A stretch of DNA of 63,504 nucleotides, filler included, from Octopus bimaculoides (taxonomy: Eukaryota), in assembly GCF_001194135.2 (NCBI RefSeq). It is 7 parts of 7 records of this genome, joined end to end, with 100 filler letters (N's around TTAATTAATTAA, not from the genome) between each part and the next. Parts side by side here need not be neighbours in the genome. Positions count along the whole stretch, not along the records: positions 23,771 to 38,987 come from NC_068999.1; 6 more parts are not named here. One strand, 5' to 3'. Position 1 is the stretch's first letter. Every line of letters starts with the position of its first letter. Below the pieces are notes generated by a model. It worked only from the letters and a program-made list of their open reading frames with translations, searched no databases and was not told the DNA's origin. Below, one piece after another: positions 25,250-37,786 of this stretch. Both the position numbers and the translations under genes were made by a program.

Positions 25250-25545
25250 GTATATGTCTTAAAATGTTACTTTCTCTTTATAATTAGTACATGTAATATA
25301 TATTAAAATATTATTTCTGTGATATAACTATTATGACATCTTATATGTGTCTTAAAATATGCCTTTTACACACCTATTATGAATCACATATGTCTTAAGT
25401 TATGACTTCTGCTATATAACAATTACAACATTACAACGTCTTAAAATATAACTTCTGCTACATAATTATTACATCTTACATTTGTCTTAAAATATAACTT
25501 TCGCTATGTCACTGTTACATTTTATATATCTTTAAAATTTGACCT
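24435..25545. repeat. Degenerate minisatellite (~45-60 bp unit) flanking a (TA)n gap
   Basis: Recurrent ACATCTTACAT.TGTCTTAAAATAT.ACTTCTGCTA at 24435-24630 and 25250-25545. Confidence 0.7.
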
Positions 25546-25800
25546 CCGCTATGGGACAAAGTACTGAAGGACGACCTCAGGACACTGAACCTTTAGATGA
25601 GATGATAAAGGGCCGAGATACCTGGCCCCTTGCAGCACTCAAGAAGGCCCTGTACTCCACGGCAGACGTGTTAAGGCCACTCCCCCCGGGGAAGAGGATT
25701 GGTCTGCAAGGGCCCTGTACTAGTGTCACACCCTGTAAAGTGGTTGGCATTACGAAGGGCATCCAGCCATAGAAACCATGCCAAATCAGAATGGAACCTG
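25545..25800 (+). mobile_element. LINE 3' UTR fragment
   Basis: GTGGTTGGCATTACGAAGGGCATCCAGCCATAGAAACCATGCC shared tail motif. Confidence 0.65.
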
Positions 25801-26851
25801 GTTTGCCAGCTCTGATTAAACTGGAGGAGGTGATCTTGTGTCAGATGCTGAAAGGTTAGAGTAGGACAGAGAGGCAGAAACAGGTGTCTTGCTGTAGAGG
25901 AGATAAATGGTTACCTGGCCAGAGAGAGAGAGAGATGGTGATCGGGAATGAGGACAGAAATGGGTGTGTCACTGTAAAGGAGACACATGGCTATGCAGCC
26001 TGAGGGAAGAACAAGAGAAAAAGGTGAGAGAGTGAGAGACAGCAAGAGTGCAAAAGAGAGCTGGAGAGAGATGGTGGTGAAGTGCCAGGGCAGGCTCACA
26101 AGGGACGGGGATCAGAATATAAATGGGATGGTAAAGGAAGAAAGAGATAAATGGGGGCAAGTGCCAGGGCATACCCTCAAAGTATGGAGGTCATGATATA
26201 AGTGGCTGGGTATTGCCACTTATGTACCATGGAAACCAGGTAAAACAACCGTGCAATTCTTAGGGTTCAGGAATTATCGACAAACTGGTGACTTNNNNNN
26301 NNNNATTTTTTAACTATTGGTTTCATTGTTGTTGGGTATGTATGTATGGTCCCGTTATTTCTCATGGTCAGTGGTAGTCCCTGCAGCAATTATCGACAAA
26401 CTGGTGACTTTGGTGCAGAAAACAGTGACTGTGCAGAGGATTGACATGTTTTTGACAAGTTCAGTCAAAAAGAACCATAGGAATGAGAATGTAGGCATGG
26501 TGTACTGCACTAATGGGAGTGAGTGACCCCTTATCCTTGTTAAGACATCACTCTAGGAAATGGAAGACTTTGATGTAAAACCTGCAATTCGATGGCAGCC
26601 AATGATGGTGATTAGTTCTTCTTTTAGAGGTGCCTGTCGTTGTTGTTCAGAGAGTGAGATTGGTTGTGGGAAAGGCCTCTGCTCACTTTAAAAAAGTGCT
26701 ATACCCAGGCATCACTTGATGTACTGACATTGTTATCTTATACTCACGAACAAGGAAACAAACATCATGTATGGATGGATGGATGCATAGATGTATATGT
26801 GGGCATGTGTATGTAATTATTCAGTTTCATTTCAATATTTCTTGCCAATGA

Positions 26852-27030
26852 AGGCGGTGAGCTGGCAGAAACGTTAGCACGCCGGGTGAAATGCTTACCG
26901 GTATTTCATCTATCTTTATGTCCTGAGTTCAAACTCTAAAGTCGACTATGCCTTTCATCCTTTTGGAGTCGATAAATTAAGTACCACCTCCCCAAAAATT
27001 TCGGGCCTTGTGCCGAGAGTAGAAAAAAAT
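26852..27030 (+). mobile_element. SINE family B with internal deletion
   Basis: GGCGGTGAGCTGGCAGAAACGTTAGCACGCCGGG head; TTTCGGGCCTTGTGCC..GTAGAAA end. Confidence 0.85.
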
Positions 27031-27118
27031 ATTTCTTGCCAATAGAAAAAGGGTCAGTTTCTAGCCTGATCTAAAGCTCCTTCATTAGAATTTCAAAAAC
27101 ATCAACAGGGTATGTATG

Positions 27119-27150
<32 letters not shown>

Positions 27151-27824
27151 TGTGCACAGATTTGTATGTTTTATGTATGTATTCTCTTGCATACAGTTGC
27201 ATGTCTAGACATGTTCTTATATGCTTAAATGATAAACTTCTGGAATGTGTTACAATTTTTACAGTTCTGCGTGTGTGTGTGTGTGTGTGTGTATTTGTGT
27301 ATACGTGTAGCTTTCCCTTTGTCTGCTTTTACGTCAACACAACTTAAAAACTGGCACCCATCATTTATGCCTTGTAAGTTTACAGTTCATCAAACAGCGA
27401 TCAATAAAACAAATAAAACACTTGAAAAAAGAAAGACTAACATCCATGTACCAGAGATAATCTGAGACAAAACTCTCCAAGACAAAGCCCCAGCATGGCC
27501 ACAGTCCAATGAGTGAAACAAGTAAAAGAATAAAAACAATGTGTATAACATACAACTGTCCATTTAAAAGTTATTTTCTCCCTAAGCCAATATCCGAAAG
27601 AATTAACCATGTATGTCTACCCAATAAAACAATCAAATCTCATGTAAATATAGACCTGAAATTAAGCTGTTACCAATATTTTTGTGACTGGGCTATCAAC
27701 CAATAAAAACACTAATAAAATATTGGCAATCATCAATGTTTTAGTGACAGCGCTAAGAACCATTAGTTCTGTCAATTGTTTTCTTTCTCTTTTGAAAACA
27801 CAAATTTTTAGGAAGAGATCCACA

Positions 27825-28009
27825 ATACATACATACATATATACAGGCATATATACATACATACATGCATACATACATATATACATACATACATGCATGC
27901 ATGCATGCATACATACATACATACATACATACATACATACATGCATGCATACATACATACATACATACATACATGCATGCATACATACATACATACATAT
28001 ACACATATG

Positions 28010-28043
<34 letters not shown>

Positions 28044-28050
28044 CATACAT
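27825..28050. repeat. (TACA)n/(TGCA) tetranucleotide microsatellite
   Basis: Seen directly. Confidence 0.95.
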
Positions 28051-28134
28051 GTATGTATATTTGTGTGTGTATATGAGTATGTATGTTTGTGCATGTGTGT
28101 GTGTATACTCTTTTACTCTTTCACTTGTTTCAGT

Positions 28135-28499
28135 GTGGTAAGAAGCTTGCTTACCAACCACATGGTTCGGGGTTCAGTCCCACAGTGTGGCACCTTGGGC
28201 AAGTGTCTTCTACTATAGCCTTGGGCCGACCAAAGCCTTGTGATTAAATTTGGTAGACGGAAACTGAAAAGAAGCTTGTCGTATATATGTATATGTGTAT
28301 ATATGTATATGTATATATATGTGAGTATGTTTTTGTGTGTCTGTGTTTGTCCCCGCAACATCGCAAAAGAGACCGATAGAATAAATACCAGGCTTACAAA
28401 AAATAAGTCCTGGGGCCGATTTGCTTGACTAAAGGCGGTGCTCCAGCATGGCTGCAGTCAAATGACTGAAACAAGTAAAAGAATAAAAGAATAAAAGAA
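28135..28499 (+). mobile_element. SINE family A preceded by an inverted tail remnant (28108-28134)
   Basis: Family A body and tail; CTCTTTTACTCTTTCACTTGTTTCAGT immediately 5' of the truncated head. Confidence 0.85.
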
Positions 28500-29989
28500 C
28501 ATATATGAGAGAAAGAAAGAGAGAGAGAGAAATAGTGAGATAAAGAGAGAGATGCATGTATATACTTAGGTGTTTATGCATACACATGTATATGTATGTA
28601 TATGCATGTATTTATATATATATGTCTTTGTGTGTGTGTGTGTGTTTGTGTATGTATATACCCCACCACTTCACATTCACACACTCACATAGAGAAATTT
28701 AGAGGTTCCATTATACCGAAGGAAAATAGTGACAAAACCGTTCTTCTCTTTTGTCTCATAATATGATTTTGTTTGTTACATTCTTTATTGTATTTTTTCT
28801 ATTCTTTCTTCCTATCATTAAAAAAGAAATNNNNNNNNNNNNNNNNNNNNNNNNNNNNNNNNNNNNNNNNNNNNNNNNNNNNNNNNNNNNNNNNNNNNNN
28901 NNNNNNNNNNNNNNNNNNNNNNNNNNNNNNNNNNNNNNNNNNNNNNNNNNNNNNNNNNNNNNNNNNNNNNNNNNNNNNNNNNNNNNNNNNNNNNNNNNNN
29001 NNNNNNNNNNNNNNNNNNNNNNNNNNNNNNNNNNNNNNNNNNNNNNNNNNNNNNNNNNNNNNNNNNNNNNNNNNNNNNNNNNNNNNNNNNNNNNNNNNNN
29101 NNNNNNNNNNNNNNNNNNNNNNNNNNNNNNNNNNNNNNNNNNNNNNNNNNNNNNNNNNNNNNNNNNNNNNNNNNNNNNNNNNNNNNNNNNNNNNNNNNNN
29201 NNNNNNNNNNNNNNNNNNNNNNNNNNNNNNNNNNNNNNNNNNNNNNNNNNNNNNNNNNNNNNNNNNNNNNNNNNNNNNNNNNNNNNNNNNNNNNNNNNNN
29301 NNNNNNNNNNNNNNNNNNNNNNNNNNNNNNNNNNNNNNNNNNNNNNNNNNNNNNNNNNNNNNNNNNNNNNNNNNNNNNNNNNNNNNNNNNNNNNNNNNNN
29401 NNNNNNNNNNNNNNNNNNNNNNNNNNNNNNNNNNNNNNNNNNNNNNNNNNNNNNNNNNNNNNNNNNNNNNNNNNNNNNNNNNNNNNNNNNNNNNNNNNNN
29501 NNNNNNNNNNNNNNNNNNNNNNNNNNNNNNNNNNNNNNNNNNNNNNNNNNNNNNNNNNNNNNNNNNNNNNNNNNNNNNNNNNGATGGTGATGATGATGAT
29601 GATGATGATGGTGCTGGTGGCTGCAGTCCAATGACTGAAACAAGTAAAATAGTAAAAGAGCAATGACATCATCGAAATCTCAAAGTTATGAGTTTGATAA
29701 ATTCAAAATAATGTGAATAAATAAACATAGAATTCTCTGTATCTGGAACTACATCATTCCATGTGTTCTTGTCCGTTTTAGGATGATTGAGTATACATAT
29801 TTAGGGAGATTTGACTGCTATCTCTAGCACATAGAGCGACCATGTAGTAGAGGCTCTGTAAATTGTCTTGTAATATATTGTTGAAACAACTAGGTCAATC
29901 AATTTTATGTAAGAAAATATATATTTAGTGTTGTTGATGGCTTTGCAGCGGCAGTGGTGGTGGTGGTGGCGGTGGTAGTGGTGGTACTG

Positions 29990-30021
<32 letters not shown>

Positions 30022-30471
30022 TTATAGTTTACAATTGACCGATCAGCTAAAAGTGCAGTGAGTCATAACCTTTTTGGCATTGAGTTGAGTTTACACTCAA
30101 GCTTGCCTTTGACTACACTCACAGCTGGCAGCAATGTTTACCGGGATAATTGCTATGGAGATGCTACAGCGCTGGATTGAAAGCCTAGCAACATTGATTC
30201 CCGATTCTAGGGCATTGAACTGCTTAAATCGTTAGCATCCTGGGAAAAATGCTTGACAGTATTTCATCTGTCTTTTCATTCTCAGTTCAAATCCCACCGA
30301 GGTCGACTTTGCCCTTCGTCCCTTCAAGATTGATAAAATAATACCAATTGGACATTAGGGGATGATGTAACTGACTTATTCTTTCCCCTGAAATCACCAG
30401 CCTTTTGACAAAATTTGAAACCACTATTAAGTCCAGATGTTTGAAATCTGAGTTCAAATTCTGCCAAGGTA

Positions 30472-30685
30472 CATGGCTTAGTGGTTAGCGTGTCAGCATC
30501 ATGACTGTAAGATTGTGGTTTTGATTCCTGGACCAGGCAATGCATTTTGTTCTTGAGCAAAACACTTCATTTCACGTTGCTCCAGTTCACTCAGCTGGCA
30601 AAAATGAGTCACCCTACGACAGACCAGCATCCCATCCAGGTGGAGAATATATATGCCATGGAAACCAGGAAAGTGGCCCTTATGA
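30472..30685 (+). mobile_element. SINE family C whose 3' tail hosts the family D composite (tail resumes ~31130-31165)
   Basis: CATGGCTTAGTGGTTAG head, CTTGAGCAAAACACTTCATTTCACGTTGCTCCAG core. Confidence 0.8.
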
Positions 30686-30764
30686 CAGTTCTATATTTAA
30701 AAGATGAGGAATTATGTACATTATTTACATTTGACGGATATTTTTCCTCATCTTGTTTGTTGTT

Positions 30765-30810
30765 AACACAACGTTTCGGCTGCTATACCCTCCAGCCTTC
30801 ATCAGGTGTC
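30765..30810 (-). ncRNA. Minimal type I hammerhead ribozyme motif, core intact
   Basis: GACAC CTGATGA A GGCTG-10nt-CAGCC GAA ACGT T GTGTT: stem I 5 bp, stem II 5 bp, palindromic loopless helix III, GUU triplet. Confidence 0.75.
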
Positions 30811-31029
30811 TTGGGGAAATTTCAAACCAGGGTTCTCATTCCTAAGGTATTTTTCGGGCATATGGCGTAGTGGTTAAGAGTGCGGGCTACTAACCCCAAG
30901 ATCCCGAGTTCGATTCCAGGCAGTGACCTGAATAATATTAATAATAATAATAATAATAATGATAATAATAACAACAACAACATTGAAAAATACCTTAGGA
31001 ATAAGAACCCAGGTTCGAAATTTCCCCAA

Positions 31030-31075
31030 GACACCTGATGAAGGCTGGAGGGTATATCAGCCGAAACATTGTGTT
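31030..31075 (+). ncRNA. Minimal type I hammerhead ribozyme motif, helix III mutated (ACAT)
   Basis: Same as 30765-30810 but GAAACATT instead of GAAACGTT. Confidence 0.65.
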
Positions 31076-31434
31076 AACAACAAACAAGATGAGGACAAAT
31101 ATCCGTCAAATGTAAATAATGTAAATAATGTGGCTCTTATGAGTCAGCATGACTTGAGAAGGTTACTTTACTTTTGTGGAGGCACGTGGCTTAGTGGTTA
31201 GTGTGTTGGACTCATGATCATAAGATTGTGGTTTCAATTCCTGGATTGGGTGACGTGTTGTGTCCTTGAGCAAAACACTTTATTTCACACTGCTCCAGTC
31301 CACTCAATGGAACAGCCTGCTCATGAAATTAATGTGCAAGTGGCTGAGTACTCTACAGAGCACTCTATACAGTAATGACATACATACATACATACATACA
31401 TTTAAAGATCTTTTCCCTTTTTTCCCCCTTTTCA

Positions 31435-31846
31435 GTCGGATAGGATAAGTATTTTTGTATTTTTTACATTGGGTGAATTTTATAAAATGCTACCGGTTTC
31501 GATGTGGATGTCCATTTTATCAAATACAAAGAATTCAAAGTTAAGGAAATTTGCAATTCAATTCAGTAAAATTTTTGGCACTTGACCTCTTGACCCCCAC
31601 TCCAACCCCCTACATAGACAACACATGCAAGAAGAGACCTTAAGAGGAAATATCAAGCATAGTATATGAGGAGAAACTGCTTTAAATTTCCAATTTTTTT
31701 TGTTTTGTCATTTTTTTAAATTTTTGTTTTATTTCCTAATCATTGAATTTGATTTTTTATATTTGATAAAATGGACATTTACATTGAAACTGGTAATATT
31801 ATATAACAGTCACTTAATGCAACAATAAAAATATTATCCTGTCCAA
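31435..31846. mobile_element. MITE with long imperfect TIRs, superfamily unassigned
   Basis: CCGGTTTCGATGTGGATGTCCATTTTATCAAAT inverted against ATTTGATAAAATGGACATTTACATTGAAACTGG; similarity extends to GGATAGGATAAG / TTATCCTGTCC. Confidence 0.65.
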
Positions 31847-32329
31847 TTAAAAATAAAAGAATAAAAAAAAAGCTGTAAACATTCTTCGGTACAGTTTCCA
31901 CTTTCAATTTTTATCTAAGAATGTATGTATGTATGTATGTATGTATGGATGGATGGATGGATGTATGTATGTATTTATGTATGTATGTTTGTATGTATGT
32001 ATGGATGTATGTATGTATGTATGTATGCACATATGTATGTATACATATGTGTGAGTGTATGTATGTGTCTATGTGTGTGTATGTATGTATGTGTGTGTGC
32101 ATATGTGTATGTATGTGTGTGTACATGTGTGCATATATGTATAGATGTGTGTGTGTGCATGGTTGTGCGTACATGTGTGTGTATGTGCATGCATGCATGT
32201 ATGTATGTATGTAAATATTAAAGTAAAAAGCAAAAGGCAAACCATCTGGCATGTATGCTGTGGTGGACTTGGTCTAAAAATATTTGTTACCAGGAAACTA
32301 AGGGGGTGGGTACCCATAACTACAATGCT

Positions 32330-32901
32330 AACATCAAATACAATGCTAAAGAAAACTGCTTGCAACCATTTGCATGCATTCAGAAAATCAAAAAAGCTCG
32401 ACGAATGGGTCGTACATGATTTGAATGAAAATCCGAAAATGCGCAGATATGAGATTTGCTCATCGCTTCTTCTCCGTAACCAGACCGATCCATTTCTCAA
32501 CTGTATTGTAACTGGCAAAGAAAAGTGGTTTCTGTACAATAATAAAAAATGTTCTTTGCAGTGGTTGGACCAAAATGAAGCACCGAAAACCTTCCCTAAA
32601 GCCAAGGTCTTCAAAAAGAAGGTTATGGTGATTGTTTGGTGGTGTACTGCTGGACTCATCCACTACAATTTCATAAAACCTGGAAAAACCATTACTGCAG
32701 AAACATATTGCCATGAAATTGCCAAAATGAATGAAAAACTGTTACTCCTCCGTCTCAGACTGGTCAAAAGAAGAGAACCAGTCATTCTTCATGACAATGT
32801 TTGACTGCACATTTCGCTAATGATGCTCCGGAAGGTGAGGGAACTTGGCTACGAAGTTCTTCCCCACCCAGCTTATTGCTCAGACCTTTCTCTTATCGAC
32901 T
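32330..32901 (+). mobile_element. mariner (D,D34D) transposase pseudogene running into a gap
   Basis: LDEWVVHDL (WVPHEL), IVTGKEKW, KVMVIVWW, LHDNV, EVLPHPAYCSDLS (HPPYSPDL). Confidence 0.9.
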
Positions 32902-33955
32902 NNNNNNNNNNNNNNNNNNNNNNNNNNNNNNNNNNNNNNNNNNNNNNNNNNNNNNNNNNNNNNNNNNNNNNNNNNNNNNNNNNNNNNNNNNNNNNNNNNN
33001 NNNNNNNNNNNNNNNNNNNNNNNNNNNNNNNNNNNNNNNNNNNNNNNNNNNNNNNNNNNNNNNNNNNNNNNNNNNNNNNNNNNNNNNNNNNNNNNNNNNN
33101 NNNNNNNNNNNNNNNNNNNNNNNNNNNNNNNNNNNNNNNNNNNNNNNNNNNNNNNNNNNNNNNNNNNNNNNNNNNNNNNNNNNNNNNNNNNNNNNNNNNN
33201 NNNNNNNNNNNNNNNNNNNNNNNNNNNNNNNNNNNNNNNNNNNNNNNNNNNNNNNNNNNNNNNNNNNNNNNNNNNNNNNNNNNNNNNNNNNNNNNNNNNN
33301 NNNNNNNNNNNNNNNNNNNNNNNNNNNNNNNNNNNNNNNNNNNNNNNNNNNNNNNNNNNNNNNNNNNNNNNNNNNNNNNNNNNNNNNNNNNNNNNNNNNN
33401 NNNNNNNNNNNNNNNNNNNNNNNNNNNNNNNNNNNNNNNNNNNNNNNNNNNNNNNNNNNNNNNNNNNNNNNNNNNNNNNNNNNNNNNNNNNNNNNNNNNN
33501 NNNNNNNNNNNNNNNNNNNNNNNNNNNNNNNNNNNNNNNNNNNNNNNNNNNNNNNNNNNNNNNNNNNNNNNNNNNNNNNNNNNNNNNNNNNNNNNNNNNN
33601 NNNNNNNNNNNNNNNNNNNNNNNNNNNNNNNNNAATAATAATAATAATAATAACAACAATAATAATAATAATAATAATAACAACAACAACAACAACAATA
33701 ATGGTTTCGAATTTTGGCACAAGGGCAGCTATTTTGGGGAGGGGATAAGTTGATTACATCAACCCCAATATTTTACTGGTACTTAATTTATCGACCCTGA
33801 AAGGATGAAAGGCAAATTTTTATTCTTTCTTTGAGAGTAAGGTTTTTTTTTTCATGGGCCCCATATGTGTGCATGTATGTATTTATATGTGTATGTATAT
33901 ATATGTATGTATGAACGTATGTACACACATCTATTTATCTATGACGTAGGAAGAC

Positions 33956-33990
<35 letters not shown>

Positions 33991-34091
33991 GCAGACAGAT
34001 AGACAGACAGGTAGATAGATAGATAGATAGATACATACATACATACATGCACAGATAAATAAATAGATAGATAGACAAAGAAACAGACAGG

Positions 34092-34125
<34 letters not shown>

Positions 34126-34863
34126 TAAACAAGCTGGTGCTGGACAATATGCTTTGTTTTGTGTTTCCCCTCTTAATTAAAAATGCTGAGTAATTGTTGA
34201 GAGATTGATTGTGAAGGGCACGGAGGTTGGTGGTTGGGAGTGGGCAGAGCATATTTACAGACATGACTTTACAAAATTCCATCAGTCAAAAAGTCGATGT
34301 CTCCATGTTAAGTTGTGTGTGTGTATGTGTGTGCACGAGTGTATATGTGTGTTTTCATTTGTGTGTGTGTGTGTGTAAATAAATATCCACTTATTAATAT
34401 AGAACCATGTAAATGCAGGAAGCAAACACACACAATAAACACACACATAGGCACAAACACACACACAAACACACACACACACATGGATACTCAGATAGAA
34501 ACACATAGACACAAAACATATACATTCATACACCCACTCATGCACACTCACACACACACACACACACGCATTCACACACACATACACACACACACACACA
34601 CATACATCTACACACATACCAGCTCATCTTGTATTATTTATGATGTAAGTGCAGGAAGCTGGGCAATTCAAAGATGAAGCAGTTGTGGTGGTGGTGGTGG
34701 TGGTGGTGGTGGTGGTGGTGGTGGTGATGGCTGTGTTGGTGTTGGTGGTGGTGGTGGTGATAGTATTGGTGGTAGTGGTGGGAGCAATTCGAGCAAGATT
34801 TGGCTGCTATTTCAAGCAGCTTGGGTGACCATGCATAGGCTCATGTATTTCTTTGCTTTGTAG

Positions 34864-34934
34864 GTGATATGCTCGTTAGTGACGCGAGGACCATCGTGTG
34901 TCGTTAACCGCAAAGCTCGTGGCCTTGGACTTGG
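34864..34934 (+). CDS. Candidate 71-nt exon, product unknown
   Basis: Acceptor TTTCTTTGCTTTGTAG, donor GG|GTAATC; single open frame VICSLVTRGPSCVVNRKARGLGL; CpG-rich in CpG-poor surroundings. Confidence 0.35.
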
Positions 34935-35059
34935 GTAATCTGATAACTTAATCATTAAAATTTTTTAAATTGTTATCATCACCATTATCATCATCATCAT
35001 CATCATAATCAGCCTCCTCCTCCTCCGCATCATCATCATCATCAACATTATTACTCATA

Positions 35060-35767
35060 TTAAGACGGTGAGATGGCGGAATTGTCAATGTGTCAGACAA
35101 ATTGCTTAGAAGCATTTCTCCCGACCCTCTCTGTTCTGAAGTTCAAATCTTTCTGAGGTGAATTTTGCCTTTCAACCTTTTGGGGGTCGATGATTTATTA
35201 TTATTATTATTATTATTATTATCATTATCAAGGTGACGAGCTGGCAGAATCGTTAGCATGCTGGACAAAATGCTTAGCAGTATTTCATCTGTCGCTATGT
35301 TCTGAGTTCAAATTTGCCTTTCATCCTTTCAGGGTCGATAAATTAAGTACCAGTAAAATATTGGGGTTGATGTAATCAACTTATCCCCTCCCCAAAATAG
35401 CTGCCCTTGTGGCAAAATTCGAAACCATTATTATTATTATTATTGTTATTGTTGTTATTATTATTATTGTTATTATTATTATTATTACTATTATTACTAT
35501 TACTATTACTATTACTATTATTATTATTATTATTATTATTATTAAGGTGGGAAGCTGGCAGAATCATTTGTATGCCGGACATAAAGCTTTGCAGCATTTC
35601 ATCTGTCTTTACGTTCTAAATTCAAATCCTGCTGAGGTTGATTTTGCCTTTCATCCTTTTTGGGGTCAATGAAATAGGTACCAGTTGAGCACTGGGGTCG
35701 ATGTAATCAACTAGTCCTCTCCCACCAAATTTCAGGCCTTGTACCTGCAGTAGAAAGGGTTATTGTA

Positions 35768-35799
<32 letters not shown>

Positions 35800-37780
35800 C
35801 ATTATTATTATTATTCTTTGATGAAAACTCTCAGCTTATTTTACTGGGTCTGATGGAAAGTGTCAGCTGTCCACAGCCTGCAGACTAAAGTGACACTTGT
35901 TTACTGGTCATGTTTCAAGAACCTTGTGAAGAATTCTTGCAGTTCCAAGCAATGTTGATTTTTGTGAGTGTTCTACTTTCACACTTGCACCAATCTTTTT
36001 CAGCCATGTTGGGAGTTGAGTAATTATTATTATTATCATTGCCTTTGCACAGCTTCTAATGCTAGAGATGTGCTACAGTGTCAGCTGTTCACTACCAGTG
36101 AACTAAGGTAACACTTCTTATTTTTCGAGCACCTTCTGGAGTATTCGAAGTTCCAAGCAGTGCTGTTTTCTGCAAGTGCTCCACCCTTATTGCAGCCCCT
36201 ATTTGTTCCATGTACTTCTCAAAATTTTTTTGCTCACTGTTCCCAGGGCTCCTACCACCTTTTTCATCGACCACAACTGCTTAACTTCCCAAGCTAACCT
36301 GTCATATCTATCGACTTTTCTTTCTTTCTTATCGCATACCTTGTTATCTGCTGGGCATGCTATATCTATGATCCAGCATAGATCATCATCATTAGCAGCG
36401 ATGTGCTGGAAGAATGGTTAGCGCACCATCAAGATAATAAGCAGCATTTTTTTCTAGCTCTTTAATTTCTGAGTTCAGTGAAATTCTTTATGTTCTGAGT
36501 TCAAATTCTGTTGAGGTCAGTTTTGCTTTTCATCTTTCAGGGTTGATAAAATAAGTACCAGTTGAACACTGGGGGTCAATGTAATTGATTTAGGCCCTCC
36601 CCCATAATTTCAGACCCCTTGAGATGGCAGAATTGTTAGCCCACTGGACAAAATGCTTAGCATTTCTTCTGGGTTCAAATACCACTGAAGTTGACTGTGT
36701 CTTTCATCCTTTCATTGCACCAGTTATCACAGGTACAACTTTTACAGATTTCATATTCCAAATCCTCACAATCTTCAAACCTTAAAGGGTTGCATTTAAA
36801 AAAAATTTTCTTCATCTTTCTTCACTATCCTGGAATCAAATGGACATGATGGATCCATCAGTAATCAAATTTACTTCACCTTGTCCATTATTGTTATATC
36901 TGGCTTTTTCCTTGTCTATTATTATTATTAAAATGGTGAGCTGGCAGAATCATTAACACACCAGGCAAAATGCTTAGTGGCATTTTGCCTGTTGCTACGT
37001 TCTGAGTTCAAATTCCCCGATGGTCAACTTTGCCTTTTATCCTTTCAGGGTTGATATATTAAGTACGAGTTGAATACTGGGATCAATTTTCTGACTCATC
37101 CTCTCCCCCAGAATTGCTGCCCTTGTGGCAAAATTTGAAACCATTATTATTAACATTAAGACAGCAAGCTGGCAGAATCGTTAGCACGCCAGGCAAAATG
37201 CTTATTCTTTTACTCTTTTAGTTGTTTCACTCATTTGACTGCAGCCATGCTGGAGCACCACCTTTAGTTGAGCAAACCGCTAAGTTACGGAGACATAAAC
37301 ACACCAGCATCGGTTGTCAATCGATGGTGGGGGCACAAACACACATGCATACATATACATATATACGATGGGCTTCTTTCAGTTTCTGTCTACCAAATCC
37401 ACTCACAAGGCTTTTGGTCAGCCAAGGCTTCAGTAGAAGACACTTGCCCAAGGTGCCATGCAGTGGGACTGAACCTGGAACCATGTGGTTGGTAAGCAAG
37501 CTACTTACCACACAGNNNNNNNNNNNNNNNNNNNNNNNNNNNNNNNNNNNNNNNNNNNNNCCACTCCTGCGCTTTAGCAACATTTCTTTTACCTTTACAT
37601 TCTGAGTTCAAATTTTGCCAAGGTTGACTTTGCTTTTCATCCTCTCATGGTCAATAAAATAAGCACCAGCTGGGCACCAATGTTGATGTAACTGACTCAC
37701 TGAAATGTTCTGGCCTTGAGCCCTACCCCAAAAGTTTTTTGGCCTTGTGCCAGAATTAGAAAAATTCTTCTAATTATTAT
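35060..37780 (+). mobile_element. Cluster of about seven head-to-tail SINE family B copies joined by (ATT)n, with nested R4-like and family A pieces
   Basis: GG.GAGCTGGCAGAAT-type heads near 35065, 35232, 35547, 36622, 36934 and 37160, plus a partial copy near 37570. Confidence 0.85.
35830..36330 (-). mobile_element. Two 3' fragments of R4/Dong-like RLE non-LTR retrotransposons
   Basis: NFEKYMEQIGAAIRVEHLQKTALLGT (36040-36330) and a more decayed WLKKIGASVKVEHSQKSTLLGTARIL (35900-36010), each ending at a (TAA)n tract. Confidence 0.75.
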
Positions 37781-37786
37781 TATTAT

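Larger units (their letters stand above)
30686..31129 (+). mobile_element. Family D composite: inverted tail + tRNA-like head + (TAA)n + direct tail
   Basis: ~140-bp inverted arms (30715-30855, 30985-31125); A-box TGGCGTAGTGG, B-box GAGTTCGATTCC (30906-30917); TSD GTGGCCCTTATGA / GTGGCTCTTATGA (12/13). Confidence 0.85.

Noticed and set aside
30856-30930. tRNA gene (loop CTACTAA)
   Set aside because: Acceptor and anticodon stems pair poorly and it is fused to the same downstream tail in two copies: a SINE head.
35060-37780. R4/Dong as the partner LINE mobilising family B SINEs
   Set aside because: Sense-strand tails have opposite polarity ((ATT)n versus (TAA)n) and no shared 3' sequence was seen.
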